Below are positions 1-11,233 of a stretch of 64,000 bases of DNA, piece by piece. The stretch comes from Shigella phage pSb-1. Both the position numbers and the translations under genes were made by a program. The stretch lies in sequence record KF620435; one strand, written 5' to 3'. The notes beneath the pieces were generated by a model, which saw only the letters and a list, made by a program, of their open reading frames with translations, was not told where the DNA came from and made no database searches. Numbering within the stretch: position 1 is the stretch's first letter; each line of letters opens with the position of its first letter.

Positions 1-1402
1 GCATAACATCATTCAGTCGAGCTATCATCCACCCTTTCTCAGAACCTTTAAAAGCATCCTTAAGAAGACGGTCTGCTACTTCACCAATGGTAGAATTGTC
101 ACGTAATGCACGAGCATAGTTAGCAGTAATAGTTCCAGTATTGTCTTCAGACTGACGTGCAGCAACTGTATTGCCTGCCATGTTTGAGACTACTTGCTGG
201 GTCTGCAATTGATCAATAGGTGAACCTACTTCTGCCTGTGCAATTAACTGACGTGCTTCACTCCAAGGCATATCCTTATAGCCACCAACACCCAAGTCAG
301 GCAATGCAGCCCAAGTCTTAGAAAGGTTACCACTCTTACGGTCATTAAAGATTGCTTCAGCTATTTTGTCCTGTACTTCAGGGGTCATTTGCTGATTACG
401 CCAATCTGAACCAAGTACTTTAGGAGCATAGTCTTCCAGGGTAGCTTTATTAATCTGGAATGCACCTACAGGGGAGTGACCTTGTGATGGATTATTAATC
501 ATAGTTTGTTGATGATTAGTAACCTCACCCAGTGTCATCTCAGTAATAGGCTTATCAGTAGCAGCAAAGGTATAGGTTGCATCATAAGGAGAACCAGAAC
601 GAGTACCAGCAGTACCTGGAGCAGAGCCAGAAGGAGACGTGGCATAAGTACCTGGGAATCTCTCGTTCACACCTCGCATAATCGCAGCACGTACACCTGG
701 GGAAGCATTCTGCATAGCAGACTCTGCAAGTGTAAGAGCATCCATAGGAGTAGAAGCACTACGGAAAATATCCGTCAGTATACCGGATGCAGCTTGTGAA
801 TCAGCATCATTGCGTTGACGTACACTAAGGTCAAAGCGATTAGTTGCCTGATTAATAGCTGCACCACCCTGTCCTTGCAGGCGACCTAACAATTCTAACT
901 GTTGGTCAGCAGGGAGCGTAGACAGTGCCTCTCGGGTTTGTCCCAATGCAGTATTAATACGGTTCTGGTCACCAGACTGATAAGCCTCAGACAGCAAACG
1001 AATAGCTGGGGATGCATTATCTAATGCGGAGTTAACATCCTTTAAGCGACCAAAGTTATAAGCATTGTAGTCATTGGTTCCTTGCTGACCTTGTTGAGTC
1101 AGAAGAGTACCTGCTCGTTCATCCAGATTCTGGAGAGTACGCTGACTTACCAATGAAGGGTCAACCCCCTGAAACAGTGCACCAGATGCCAAAGCATTAC
1201 GATACTCAGTAGGGTCTTGGTACTGCATAGCATTCATCATGACGGCATTGCCAGCCTCCTGCTTGGCAGCGTTCTGGAAATTACCCAGTGCATCACTTAA
1301 GCCGGAGGTGGCGTTACCAATCATGCTTCCAAATGTGCGAATGCTGTCACCAACTCCAGAGAAGTTAGGTGCATCAACATTACGCCATGTAATTTGAGCC
1401 AT
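1..1402 (-). CDS. virion structural/internal protein, N-terminal ~467 codons only (gene runs off the window start); possible lytic-transglycosylase-like stretch (GAFQINKATLEDY)
   Basis: ATG at 1402 (minus) with AGGAAA RBS 6 nt upstream; frame open by eye to position 1; sits in the late block. Confidence 0.4.
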   Translation of the reverse strand, partial: MAQITWRNVDAPNFSGVGDSIRTFGSMIGNATSGLSDALGNFQNAAKQEAGNAVMMNAMQYQDPTEYRNALASGALFQGVDPSLVSQRTLQNLDERAGTLLTQQGQQGTNDYNAYNFGRLKDVNSALDNASPAIRLLSEAYQSGDQNRINTALGQTREALSTLPADQQLELLGRLQGQGGAAINQATNRFDLSVRQRNDADSQAASGILTDIFRSASTPMDALTLAESAMQNASPGVRAAIMRGVNERFPGTYATSPSGSAPGTAGTRSGSPYDATYTFAATDKPITEMTLGEVTNHQQTMINNPSQGHSPVGAFQINKATLEDYAPKVLGSDWRNQQMTPEVQDKIAEAIFNDRKSGNLSKTWAALPDLGVGGYKDMPWSEARQLIAQAEVGSPIDQLQTQQVVSNMAGNTVAARQSEDNTGTITANYARALRDNSTIGEVADRLLKDAFKGSEKGWMIARLNDVM

Positions 1403-1414
1403 GATGGTTTCCTA

Positions 1415-1857
1415 TTAACGAGTTAGCTTATTAGCTGCAATGTAAGCATCAGCAGTAGACTGGTCACGGTTTTCTGCAACAGCACGACTACGAGCACGGT
1501 CTTCCAGTGCAGTGTTATAAGACTTAATCTGGTTGTTCAGGTTAGTGTTAGTAACACTCTTAGTAAAGTTCAACTGGTCTTTGGCTAACTTATTGGCTTG
1601 GAAACCACTGTAGATATTAGCTAATGAACCAAGTGCACCCAGTCCTAGTTGGAAGGTGGGTACGTTCATGCCCAACTGATTAGCTGAACCAGACAGGAAA
1701 GAAGTAGGGTAGATACCCCCAAATTCGTACCCATACCAATAGCTGCACCAGGGTTATAGTTCATAGCCGGGGTATTAAAGTTCTGATTGTTATTAGACAT
1801 CCAAGACATAGCAGCTGGCTGTGGGGTTTGGTTGCCTGTTAAGAATGACAAATCCAT
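1415..1857 (-). CDS. small virion protein, frameshifted (track fragments 1666..1878 and 1415..1675)
   Basis: ATG at 1857 with AGGAG RBS; the two fragments read as one protein if one C is restored in the C-run near 1716..1720. Confidence 0.35.
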
Positions 1858-1870
1858 GGGGATTCTCCTG

Positions 1871-2695
1871 TTAAACAAGGTCAGTATTAAGGGACATGTC
1901 AGAGTAGTTACCTATCATATCTAAAGACAGGTCAGCTATATCTGAGCCAGTCATGAGAGTACGTGATAAGAATGAATCCAGTGACTCCATTGACACGAAT
2001 TGCATTGGGTCAATTACACCCTGCCCAGCAGTACCAAACATTTCTTCATACTGCTTATTGATTGCCATCATATCAGTATTGTACTGCTGCATTACTCTCT
2101 CTGCTTTCTGAATAGTAGCAGCCGTAGATGCATTAATATACTGGCTAATACCATTACCTACCGAACTGGTAAGCTGCATGATGTTTTGGGCATTCATCAT
2201 TTCACTCGCTAAGGTAGACAGAGATGTACCAGTAGACAAAGCAGTACCAACATTCATAGCTACCATTGAAGCAATAGCAGCAATGATAAAGCCCAGCTTG
2301 TCCCCGAACAGTGACGTAGATACTTTAGTGATAATGGATACCAGAATCATTCCAGCAATGGCATTTGCTACAGCACCAACAATCACGGCAGCTAATCCAA
2401 CAAAACCCAGAGATGCACCAACTGCACCATATGCCCCAAGTATACCTGCACCACCAGCACCAGCTGTAAATACAGAGATAACTACAGCAACCACAACAAC
2501 AACAATCTTAAATGCCCCGGTCTGATACCATTTCTTCTTAACCTTCTTATATGAGTTCATCACTAAGTAGGAACAAGCAGTGGATAGCTGAGTACTTCGA
2601 ACCAGTGACATGGAACGGTAGATGTTAGTGTGCAGTGGAATAATGAATCCACTCTCCTCTGCATCACCCATTGCCCCGGCAACATCAATGTGCAC
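1871..2695 (-). CDS. Gly/Ala-rich multi-pass membrane protein (virion/ejection protein candidate); true start may be ATG at 2560
   Basis: Long hydrophobic runs (KIVVVVVAVVISVF, GILGAYGAVGASLGFVGLAAVIVGAV); track start is GTG; overlaps upstream ORF by 132 nt. Confidence 0.4.
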   Translation of the reverse strand: MHIDVAGAMGDAEESGFIIPLHTNIYRSMSLVRSTQLSTACSYLVMNSYKKVKKKWYQTGAFKIVVVVVAVVISVFTAGAGGAGILGAYGAVGASLGFVGLAAVIVGAVANAIAGMILVSIITKVSTSLFGDKLGFIIAAIASMVAMNVGTALSTGTSLSTLASEMMNAQNIMQLTSSVGNGISQYINASTAATIQKAERVMQQYNTDMMAINKQYEEMFGTAGQGVIDPMQFVSMESLDSFLSRTLMTGSDIADLSLDMIGNYSDMSLNTDLV

Positions 2696-4524
2696 TGACT
2701 TATTCTTATATACCTGTTATAGTGATTTAGACCCAGTACTCTGAGTTTACGGTAAGTGTTATTACCATCCTGCCAAAGTAACTCATACTCCTGCATTGAA
2801 TAGAATGTATATGTTACCTCAAGTTTCTTAGCAGAACCGGAGTTAGAAGCTGTCCTAATATTCTTACGGGTAAGGGTTATATCTCCTGCATACCTGGCTC
2901 GTAGTTGCCCCTGCTTAGCACCAGACCATGCTTGTCCTGAGTGAGTAGTTTCAAATACATAGTTCCAGCCAATAGTCATGTCATACTTGTACCGCTTATT
3001 ACTATGTATCCTAAACTCTCGCTTAGGTATAACAGGATATTCCGGTAGTGGTGGAGGAGTTCCAATAGTATGCCCTTCAGTCCTGTTCCACCATGCTACA
3101 TATTCATCAACTGCATCATTAGCTGCCTGATAACCTGCAATTACTGCTTCTAAAGTCGGGTAGGTTGGGTCAGGTGGAAATGCTTCAGTAGCCATCTGAA
3201 AGAAACGGTAAATGTATTCCTTAGCAGTATCTTCAGGAGAATTAAGAGATACACCGAATGTGCCATAAATGTACTGAATATCACCTATGTCATTATTCTT
3301 CTTAAGCTCTGTCACTACTTTATCAATTTTTCCACCAGTAGCTTTATAAAGAGCTTTCTTACAGTGTGGGTAGATTGGGTCATTTTCTACCCATTGTTTA
3401 TCATTCCTGATTGGAATGAATGGATAGAATCGGTTATCAGTAGCCTCGGTATCAAACAGTGAATCTAGTGCAACGTTACCAGAGTTCTGCTTATAGATAA
3501 GCATCTTAGGTGTACCAACAGCAGTCATCTCTGTATCAGTACGAGTAGTCTGGGATGAGTACTTACGAACCAGTGTCTCTGTGGTTGTAGTGATTGTATC
3601 AGTACGAGTAACACCGCCACCTATATCAACTACATTGGTAGTTACAGTAGTACTGGATTGGATCTCACCAAACTTTCTGTGGGTCATTACCCTGTCAGAT
3701 ACAACTACAGTTACATCATCAGGTTTCTCAGTGAATCCTCTACGATAAACCTTAACGTAGGAATTCCAGTTATCTACACTTGGTTCAGTGACGGTACTAT
3801 CCTCATCAGGTCTACCGTCAGAGTAAACAGAATGAGTATGTATAGTCTTAGTAAGGTTAGTTGTGTTAGCTGTTGTATCACTTGATACGGTAGTCCATAA
3901 CAAAGTGGAGGGTAAGTCATCCTCATCATCATAGACTGTAGTCGGTCCTACTACTGGTGGATTGGTAGAGGGAGATTTATAGAAAGAGTAATCAGCATAG
4001 AGATACAAAGCACCCGGTTCAAAGTTAGTAGGTGTGAATGTAATAGTAGAACCACCATCTAAAGAGGTCATAGTAATTTCATTGGTATCTTCATCAATGT
4101 CTATGTCGAATCGTTCCATGATTCGACTTGGGGCATTCTCATAAAGATACTGGTCACACCATTGTTCAAAATCAGCAAAGCCTATCTCTGCTGCCTGAAC
4201 ATAGACAGACTCTCCAGCAGGTGGTGTAATTTGGCCCTCTATAACAGTAGGGTCAATCTTAGCCAGTACACCTAATGAAGAACCAGCCATACCAACTTCC
4301 GAATCATAGTGGTTCTTACTCCAGCTGGAGAACAGTCGCATACGAATACCCGGCCCATTCAGATAACTATCAGAGATAGTGTCTGCCATAGTGAATCCTG
4401 TATTGGAAATAATGTTACCAATGACTACAGTCTTCATATAGTTAGGACGTTTGTGTATATCCCCTGCCATGTTATAGACAGAGGATGCTACGTATACTTT
4501 GGTCTTCCCACTGAATAAACCCAT
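2563..4524 (-). CDS. virion structural protein (653 aa)
   Basis: Long ORF in the late block; last ~45 residues are Cys/Trp-rich and may be out of frame. Confidence 0.45.
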   Translation of the reverse strand: MGLFSGKTKVYVASSVYNMAGDIHKRPNYMKTVVIGNIISNTGFTMADTISDSYLNGPGIRMRLFSSWSKNHYDSEVGMAGSSLGVLAKIDPTVIEGQITPPAGESVYVQAAEIGFADFEQWCDQYLYENAPSRIMERFDIDIDEDTNEITMTSLDGGSTITFTPTNFEPGALYLYADYSFYKSPSTNPPVVGPTTVYDDEDDLPSTLLWTTVSSDTTANTTNLTKTIHTHSVYSDGRPDEDSTVTEPSVDNWNSYVKVYRRGFTEKPDDVTVVVSDRVMTHRKFGEIQSSTTVTTNVVDIGGGVTRTDTITTTTETLVRKYSSQTTRTDTEMTAVGTPKMLIYKQNSGNVALDSLFDTEATDNRFYPFIPIRNDKQWVENDPIYPHCKKALYKATGGKIDKVVTELKKNNDIGDIQYIYGTFGVSLNSPEDTAKEYIYRFFQMATEAFPPDPTYPTLEAVIAGYQAANDAVDEYVAWWNRTEGHTIGTPPPLPEYPVIPKREFRIHSNKRYKYDMTIGWNYVFETTHSGQAWSGAKQGQLRARYAGDITLTRKNIRTASNSGSAKKLEVTYTFYSMQEYELLWQDGNNTYRKLRVLGLNHYNRYIRISQCTLMLPGQWVMQRRVDSLFHCTLTSTVPCHWFEVLSYPLLVPT

Positions 4525-4525
4525 A

Positions 4526-5368
4526 TTAGTTCAGCCCGTTGTTAGACTTCAGCTTGGTCAGAATGGTATCAATACTTGCGTTAGTGAAGCCATTCGGTGG
4601 GTTCAAGCCTTCATCAATAGTTTTCTGAGTAATCCATGCGTCAGTAAACAGCTTAGATGCTTTAACCTCTGCATCGCGTTGGTAAGAAGTAATCTGTTGA
4701 GAGTACAACTCTTTCTGTTTACCTACAGAACCAGTAACAGTAGCTCCATCGCTACGGGTATCCAGTGTCTGTGCACGTTGTGCTTCTGTCTGCTCAGTAA
4801 GCAATTTAAGCTGTTGAGGTAACATCTGGTCAGCGTTAAACAGTGCAGCACAATACGTTTCAGACTCAGTAGCAATCTTCAACTTAGTAAGAGCATATTC
4901 ACTCTTAGCAGACAGTGCCTGAATCTTAGCTAGTACAAACTGTGCTTTAGAAGTTGCCAATGTAACACGAGCAGTAACTGCCTGAATCTGTGCCAATGCA
5001 GCAGCCCAGTATGCCTGGTCACGACCAAGTAAGAACTGAACAGCATTGCTCATGCAAGATTCCATCATAGCAATGTATGCTTTGGTATATTCACCACCCG
5101 TAATACGGTTAGCTTTAAACTCAGCTTTAAGGTGATTGTGTGCAGATTCCATTAATGCATCAAACGTACCACTGCCACCTACTTCACGGGTAGTAAGGGA
5201 TTCATTGGTTATCTTAGTAATAGCACCAAAGATTGGGGAACCATCTCCACCTGGGATATCCCACTCAGGGCCAGACATATCAATATCAGGAAGGGTAAAG
5301 TCATCACCCTTAGTTAACTCTTCTAGGAGTCGGTTAGCTTCTACCTCAGCAGAACAAGACATAATCAT
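4526..5368 (-). CDS. virion structural protein (280 aa)
   Basis: Tightly packed late-block ORF upstream of the capsid gene. Confidence 0.4.
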   Translation of the reverse strand: MIMSCSAEVEANRLLEELTKGDDFTLPDIDMSGPEWDIPGGDGSPIFGAITKITNESLTTREVGGSGTFDALMESAHNHLKAEFKANRITGGEYTKAYIAMMESCMSNAVQFLLGRDQAYWAAALAQIQAVTARVTLATSKAQFVLAKIQALSAKSEYALTKLKIATESETYCAALFNADQMLPQQLKLLTEQTEAQRAQTLDTRSDGATVTGSVGKQKELYSQQITSYQRDAEVKASKLFTDAWITQKTIDEGLNPPNGFTNASIDTILTKLKSNNGLN

Positions 5369-5438
5369 TCCTCTTGGTTCAAAAAGAAACGGCCCACGGA
5401 GTTACCCCAGTGAGCCGTGTTGAACTGTAGCTTATACG

Positions 5439-6077
5439 TTAATCGTTAAGGCTACCAGCAGCAATCTGTGCTTGAGCCAGTTGAGCTAATTCAGCTTCAG
5501 TCAACGGAGGCAGTACTTCAATGGAGAACTCTCGTGCTTCGGTTGCACGGATATCCGGTAAGCCATTCTTACCTTTACGGGTAGTAATGTTGATGAACTT
5601 GCGTTCTTTAAGGAACTCGTAGATACAGTACGGAATATGATAGCCATTATCAGTCACTTCACCGAATGGAACAAACTTACGTACAGTACCCATGTATTCG
5701 TTAGCTACGGTGATAATCTCACCCGGCAGGTCTTTCTTCTTAGGGTCAAGGTTCTGGATACGTACACGAATCAGTCGAGTCTGTTCTGCACGAATCTTCT
5801 GACCCAGGGTCATCTTCTTAACACCAGCTTCTTGTTTATCACCCAGCGGATTAACAGCAGCTTCTACTACTGGTTCATCTTTTACTTGTGCAGCTTCAAT
5901 CTTCTCACGAAGCTTCTCAACGGAAATGTTGTTAGAGAACTTGATATTCATCAACGTTGCACGTTGCTTAAGAACTTCAAGTTCACTAGGCATTGCAATA
6001 TCGTTAACGGTATCTTCGTTGCCCTGTACGTTCACTTCTACGTCAGTGGTCGGTTTATCGTTAATGCTCATGTTCAT
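5439..6077 (-). CDS. structural protein (212 aa)
   Basis: Late-block ORF immediately downstream of the capsid gene. Confidence 0.4.
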   Translation of the reverse strand: MNMSINDKPTTDVEVNVQGNEDTVNDIAMPSELEVLKQRATLMNIKFSNNISVEKLREKIEAAQVKDEPVVEAAVNPLGDKQEAGVKKMTLGQKIRAEQTRLIRVRIQNLDPKKKDLPGEIITVANEYMGTVRKFVPFGEVTDNGYHIPYCIYEFLKERKFINITTRKGKNGLPDIRATEAREFSIEVLPPLTEAELAQLAQAQIAAGSLND

Positions 6078-6104
6078 ATTTCCTGTGGTTCATTTAGTTT
6101 TATT

Positions 6105-6130
6105 AAGAGGGGGACATAAGTCCCCCTTGT
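6105..6130. other. 8-bp GC stem-loop (AGGGGGAC-ATAA-GTCCCCCT) between capsid gene and next gene
   Basis: Perfect inverted repeat; T-run follows on the plus strand only. Confidence 0.5.
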
Positions 6131-6144
6131 TTTATTTCGGACTA

Positions 6145-7347
6145 TTACAGAGGAGCAACAGTCTTAATCAGAGCCAGACGTTCTGGGCGTTTAACCAGGA
6201 TACCGTAGTACCACTTGATAGAACTGAAGCCAGTTTCACCATACGGGTCATTACGGTCAGCAGTTTCTTTACCCGGCATCTTAGTCATGATAGTGAACTT
6301 AACAGACTTACCATCAGTCTGGAAGCCAATGGTAGAGAAGGAGTCGTCACCAACTACCAGCATCGGGAACACGTCGTAGTGTTCCTGACCATCAACCATA
6401 GAAGAGCGATAGCCTGGGTTATCAGTAGCCTGTGCACCAGCACCTGCCCAATGCAGCATCTCAGGAACCTGGATAATACGGAACTTATCAATACAACCGA
6501 TTTCACCATTCATCAATGTACCAGCATCAGCATAGTGCTGAACTTCGATGAATGCTTTGTTACCGAACAGGTCTTTCATCGCTTTCAGTTCTGGAACCAG
6601 TTCAGAACCAACGTACATTACACGAGTACCACCAAGTACTTTGGTATCTGTCAGTTTAGAACCAGTGATGATAGTAGTCTGGGTCGGGGTACGGTTCTCA
6701 GTAAGAATCTGGTCAAGACGCATCAGGTTCTTATAAGAAACTACGGACGGGGTAGAGCCTTCACCGGTGATGGTAGCATCAGAAACAGCAGCACCTGCGT
6801 ACAGTACAGTACCAGCAGCAGCCAGCAGGTCTTTCTGGAGAACAGCTTCAGTCAACTGTACAGCACCGTTCATCAGTTCACGTGATAGATGCTCTTTCAG
6901 CTGGTCATCAGAATCGAAGTCCAGAGACTCTTGGGTAAATTCATAGAAGAAGCCGAACTTATGAATAGAACCTTCACGAGCTAAACGAGTAAAGCCTACA
7001 CGGTTAACACGACCACCATTCTCTGACAGCAGAGGAAGTTTAGAGGTGATGTTACCAACGTCTTTGGAAGAACCGTACAGGTTACCATTAACAATGGTAG
7101 CACCATTAGCATCAATACCCTGGTCGTTAATGTTCTTATCATCGAGCAGAGGAACGTACTCATACACCTTAACAGTCTTACCATAGTTCTTCGGCATGTT
7201 AACGGTGTTAGCCAGAGGCATAAAATACTGGTCTTTACGAGACTGAATAATAGCTTTCTTCAGCCAGTAATAGGTATTCATCTGGTCGGAACCAGCACCA
7301 TCAATGCTAGATTTCTGACCGTCAATTGGAGCGTTATAGTTTAACAT
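6145..7347 (-). CDS. major capsid protein candidate (400 aa)
   Basis: Size and position after portal, acidic scaffold-like gene and small ORFs; strong hairpin downstream; N4-like synteny. Not confirmed by motif. Confidence 0.5.
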   Translation of the reverse strand: MLNYNAPIDGQKSSIDGAGSDQMNTYYWLKKAIIQSRKDQYFMPLANTVNMPKNYGKTVKVYEYVPLLDDKNINDQGIDANGATIVNGNLYGSSKDVGNITSKLPLLSENGGRVNRVGFTRLAREGSIHKFGFFYEFTQESLDFDSDDQLKEHLSRELMNGAVQLTEAVLQKDLLAAAGTVLYAGAAVSDATITGEGSTPSVVSYKNLMRLDQILTENRTPTQTTIITGSKLTDTKVLGGTRVMYVGSELVPELKAMKDLFGNKAFIEVQHYADAGTLMNGEIGCIDKFRIIQVPEMLHWAGAGAQATDNPGYRSSMVDGQEHYDVFPMLVVGDDSFSTIGFQTDGKSVKFTIMTKMPGKETADRNDPYGETGFSSIKWYYGILVKRPERLALIKTVAPL

Positions 7348-7363
7348 ATCATCTCATTCCTGT

Positions 7364-7678
7364 TTAAAGACTACCCGGTACTGGGAGTTTAGCGAAATCT
7401 TCATCACTCATAGCGAGTGGGTTTACAATAGGCGTTGCTTTACGTGTAGCAGCCCGATTAAGGGAAGCTGCTTTAGCCTGCTCACTGTTAGCCAGAGTCT
7501 GCTTAGGTCGTGCTACACGCACTACCGGCTGAACTGCTGGTTTAACTGCTTGTACCGGTTCAGGCTTAGCCACTTGGTTAAATGCTCCTTGCTGTGCAAG
7601 GAGATTACCAACGTAGTTATAAGCCTGAATGAACGGAGTACCTACCGGAATCTGACCTAACACCTGAAGACGATTCAC
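7364..7678 (-). CDS. hypothetical head-module protein (104 aa)
   Basis: ORF between scaffold-like and capsid genes. Confidence 0.3.
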   Translation of the reverse strand: MNRLQVLGQIPVGTPFIQAYNYVGNLLAQQGAFNQVAKPEPVQAVKPAVQPVVRVARPKQTLANSEQAKAASLNRAATRKATPIVNPLAMSDEDFAKLPVPGSL

Positions 7679-7827
7679 TTCGTTAGCAATGGTGTCATAA
7701 ATACCATTCTCACGTTGTTCGTGAATGGTGTGGAGTAAGCCACGATTCTGATAAAGAGCATCTTTACTGGCAGCATCCCATGTCGAGCTAATAACACCTA
7801 ATGTAGCTTGTCCTTCTTGAGTAGACT

Positions 7828-8583
7828 TTAAGTCGTCAATTTCGGTTGCAAAATCTGCTTCGGTGTCTGTAACACGGTGTTTGCCACCTGGTAATTAATT
7901 TCCTCATCAGGATTAAAGTCCAGAGGATCTGTACCAGAGTCTTTCAACAACTTTTTAATGGCTTCGGGATTCTTCTTATCCAGGTCAATCAGGAAAGAAA
8001 GTTTTTCCTCATCCATTAAACCGTTGTTCTGTAACATCAGCATTACCTTACGGTACGGCTGAAGTTCTTGCATCTTACGAGTATAGTTAGCACCCATCTG
8101 CATCAGGCTAATGGCCTCCTCCGGTGAACGGGGAGTAATCATTTTGCCGTTAGCTTTAAAAGGAGCCATCAACTTCTCATAACCTTCCTTATAGTTGAAG
8201 TCAGCAGGCAGACCTTCAGACTGTTTGCCTTCTTCTTTCTGTTCCTGGCCTGGTTCAGCAGTAGAAGGTTCAGCTTTAGTAATCGGCTCACCGTTACTAT
8301 CAACTTCTGTGTCAACAACTTTATCATCAACTTTATCAGAAGTTAAAGAATTTGCTGAATCATCTTCAACTGGTTCAGTCTCAGGGGAGGTTTCTTCGGT
8401 TGGTAGGTCTTCAACAGCAGAGGTGTCAACTTCTTCATCAGGAGTCTGTACGCCGTTGGTTTCTGGGTTGTTCTGAGTGGAAGTATCTTCCTCAGCAATA
8501 ATAGCTGGGGCTTCCATATTCAGAATCTCATCATCCGACATTGCGAGAATGTCGGAAGCTGTGGTTGCAGCTTCCGTAGTCAT
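7828..8583 (-). CDS. acidic scaffolding-like protein (251 aa)
   Basis: Very Asp/Glu-rich N-terminal half; lies between portal and capsid genes. Confidence 0.4.
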   Translation of the reverse strand: MTTEAATTASDILAMSDDEILNMEAPAIIAEEDTSTQNNPETNGVQTPDEEVDTSAVEDLPTEETSPETEPVEDDSANSLTSDKVDDKVVDTEVDSNGEPITKAEPSTAEPGQEQKEEGKQSEGLPADFNYKEGYEKLMAPFKANGKMITPRSPEEAISLMQMGANYTRKMQELQPYRKVMLMLQNNGLMDEEKLSFLIDLDKKNPEAIKKLLKDSGTDPLDFNPDEEINYQVANTVLQTPKQILQPKLTT

Positions 8584-8602
8584 AGGAAATATCTCCGGTT
8601 AA

Positions 8603-8947
8603 TTATTCGTCTTCAGGTTCAGCACGAACTGCGTCGAGTTCTTCTTCTACCTGTAGAATAACGTCAGCTTCATTCTCACCCATACGAATGGCAAGGTCGA
8701 GCCAACGACGTAAGTGACCAGCAGCTTGAGCCATGTTCAGTGCATCTGCACGGTTATTAGGTTCAAGCAGTGGGTCACCAGACTCCTGCACGTAACGTGC
8801 ACAATCTTCTACACAGAACTGGCGAAGGATTACTTTACGGAACAGTGGATTCTCCAGAAGTTTACGTACATCTTCTGCGTGTGCAACTGCACCTTTAGCA
8901 GCTTCCAGTCGATGTTCCAGTCCTGCGATTGTTGATTCTTTACTCAT
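8603..8947 (-). CDS. hypothetical head-module protein (114 aa)
   Basis: ORF directly downstream of portal gene. Confidence 0.3.
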   Translation of the reverse strand: MSKESTIAGLEHRLEAAKGAVAHAEDVRKLLENPLFRKVILRQFCVEDCARYVQESGDPLLEPNNRADALNMAQAAGHLRRWLDLAIRMGENEADVILQVEEELDAVRAEPEDE

Positions 8948-8960
8948 GTGAAGGTCTGCC

Positions 8961-11231
8961 TTATAGGTTCATACCAAGAGCCGATGCTGGGTCTTGGCTA
9001 GGGTCATAATACTGGGAACTGAGTGAATAAGTCGGATCTTGCTGTGCAGCTAAGTCACGTTCCTGTAAAGAGTTCCCGTTAGTCAAAGCGTTATATCCGA
9101 CAGCAGCAGATATGTTGGGGGTAGTTTCACCTTCTTTAGTAGGTGTTGTCAACGCCTTAGTTATTTGAAGGTTCTGGTTTCCTTGAGATTGTGCTTTTTG
9201 TTTTTCCATATCACGAGCATGTTTAGTACCAGATTCCTGTTCCAGATAATCCAAATCTTTGAGGTCACCACTAGAAGCTGCTTCTTTAGCCTTAGCCATA
9301 TTGAGTGCAATCTTACTTTGTAACTCTTCATTCTCAAGCTGTGCTTTCTGAATTGCCAATTGCTTAAGCTGTTCTTCCATAGGGTCTGGCTGTGGTTTCC
9401 AGGTACGTAATTCATGAGCAAGGTCTGGCATACGTTTAAGTTCTGCAATCTTAGCTACAAGAGATAACGTAATAGTCTGATCAACTGTATTACCTAACGT
9501 TTGAACCATGAAGCTCAGGTCCTGAGATTTCTGGTTATCAATTTCAGCAGTATTAATATCAACCTCAATATCGAAGTTACCTTTAAGGTCTTCACGGTTA
9601 ATTTCTACATACTGCTCATTAGTAATACGTACTACTTCTTTCTCAGATAAGAACACAGCATTCATTGCACAAATCTTAGTACCAATGTCTGCCATACCCT
9701 TAGCTAATCGACGAAGGATTGCCATCTCACGTTTGGATGCTGCATCGAGTGCACCACGAATACCAGCAGCCACATCTCCGTAAGCTGCACCAGTTACACC
9801 ACCAGAGAATGCTTTAACACCGGTTAGTGCTTCAGCTTCCTGGTTCTGCATCTGAGTCATCACTATTGCTGACTGAGGTAACTCAGGGAACTTGTGTTCC
9901 ATAATGGCCTGGCTAGGATTACCCTGCATTGGGTTATACTCATAGTCTTGCCCGTCATCATATCGACGTCGATTCAGAGTATCTAACATCCCTTTAGGGT
10001 AACCACGTTGTCCGTTTGCACTTCGACCTAACAGGTCAATCATCCCACGCATAGTTGCACCAAGAATTGCCTGGTTATCACCTAACAGCTCAGCATCAGC
10101 TTCACCAAAGAGTTCACGTTTACGGGGCATGTAGGGAACAACTACCAAAGGTAACTTACCATCCGGGAATGGGTTCTTCTCCATACGAATAAGGGTGGAA
10201 CCAATCCAGGTAGCTACAATTGGTTCCAGTGAACCATCATCATTAATGTCGTAAAATCCCCAGTATTCATAAGCAACAACTTTCTTACGAAGTGCATCCT
10301 TAAACTGGAAGTCACTAGGAGTTTTACTCTCATGGTCTGGGTCAGTCATAGGACTAGAACTTTCCCAGTCAATCTTATCCAGGTTGTGATAACGGTCCTT
10401 ATTCTTCATTAGGTCTGCTTTGCAAGTCTCAAATGAGATAACTGCATACAGAGCCTTATCCAAATCGCCATTACAGCTTGGGTCAATAACTACGTTATTA
10501 GGGTTAAGCATTTCAACAGTAGGTCTGTTAACCAGTGCCTTCTCTATCTCTACCTCAGTAACTCCTGTCTGGATTGCATAGGTAGCTTCCCCAGTTTCAT
10601 TGAAGTAGTTAACAGCTTCCTTAATATCTTCCGGCATCGTTTCGTCATATTCACGGGGATTCTCTGCCTGAAGCTGTAAAGCCTGCTGAAGAATATCTGC
10701 TTGTTCCTGGTTCTCAATTGGATACAACTGGAAGACCGGAGTTTCTGTTTTAATCTTAACAGTCTTACGTTCCCAACCAATGCGAGCAATACCAGTACCA
10801 TCATCCACGATACTATGTACGTAATCATCCACCAGTTTTACTTTATTAAGCTGGGTACGGAATTGGTAGTTAAGAACTAATTCATTCTGACGTGCAGCTA
10901 ACTCATCCTCAAAAGTAACAGGGGTTACCTTAAAGAGTTTGTTGGATGAGAGGAATGGTTCAGACAATGGTGCATAACGCCATTCTGCCTGACGGCGAAC
11001 CAGTCTAGGTTGGACTTGTGAACGTCCTTTAACCTTTGGGGGTTTAGCCTTACCTTTGACTTCCATCAGGTCATTCCACTCACGAATCTGTGCCATGATT
11101 GCATCGTGAGCAGGTTTAGCAGATTCCAAATCACCCTTGAGTAATTGGATACTTGGTTCCTTCTTCCAATCCGTTAATTTCTCTGATTGAGCCGGGTCTG
11201 GTAAAGGCTTAAAAGTGTCTTGGTGTTCCAT
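8961..11231 (-). CDS. portal protein candidate (756 aa)
   Basis: Size and position between lysis cassette and scaffold/capsid genes; N4-like synteny. Confidence 0.55.
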   Translation of the reverse strand: MEHQDTFKPLPDPAQSEKLTDWKKEPSIQLLKGDLESAKPAHDAIMAQIREWNDLMEVKGKAKPPKVKGRSQVQPRLVRRQAEWRYAPLSEPFLSSNKLFKVTPVTFEDELAARQNELVLNYQFRTQLNKVKLVDDYVHSIVDDGTGIARIGWERKTVKIKTETPVFQLYPIENQEQADILQQALQLQAENPREYDETMPEDIKEAVNYFNETGEATYAIQTGVTEVEIEKALVNRPTVEMLNPNNVVIDPSCNGDLDKALYAVISFETCKADLMKNKDRYHNLDKIDWESSSPMTDPDHESKTPSDFQFKDALRKKVVAYEYWGFYDINDDGSLEPIVATWIGSTLIRMEKNPFPDGKLPLVVVPYMPRKRELFGEADAELLGDNQAILGATMRGMIDLLGRSANGQRGYPKGMLDTLNRRRYDDGQDYEYNPMQGNPSQAIMEHKFPELPQSAIVMTQMQNQEAEALTGVKAFSGGVTGAAYGDVAAGIRGALDAASKREMAILRRLAKGMADIGTKICAMNAVFLSEKEVVRITNEQYVEINREDLKGNFDIEVDINTAEIDNQKSQDLSFMVQTLGNTVDQTITLSLVAKIAELKRMPDLAHELRTWKPQPDPMEEQLKQLAIQKAQLENEELQSKIALNMAKAKEAASSGDLKDLDYLEQESGTKHARDMEKQKAQSQGNQNLQITKALTTPTKEGETTPNISAAVGYNALTNGNSLQERDLAAQQDPTYSLSSQYYDPSQDPASALGMNL

Positions 11232-11233
11232 AG

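Noticed and set aside
506-799. Plus-strand 97-aa ORF inside the minus-strand virion gene
   Set aside because: Ser/Arg/Thr/Cys-rich, no RBS, fully antisense to a long coding frame; treated as spurious.
5926-6885. Plus-strand 319-aa ORF overlapping the capsid gene
   Set aside because: Antisense to the capsid frame, low-complexity, no start context; same judgement for other antisense track ORFs such as 2178..2525, 8195..8476, 20031..20501, 41032..41319, 50064..50525 and 61054..63423.
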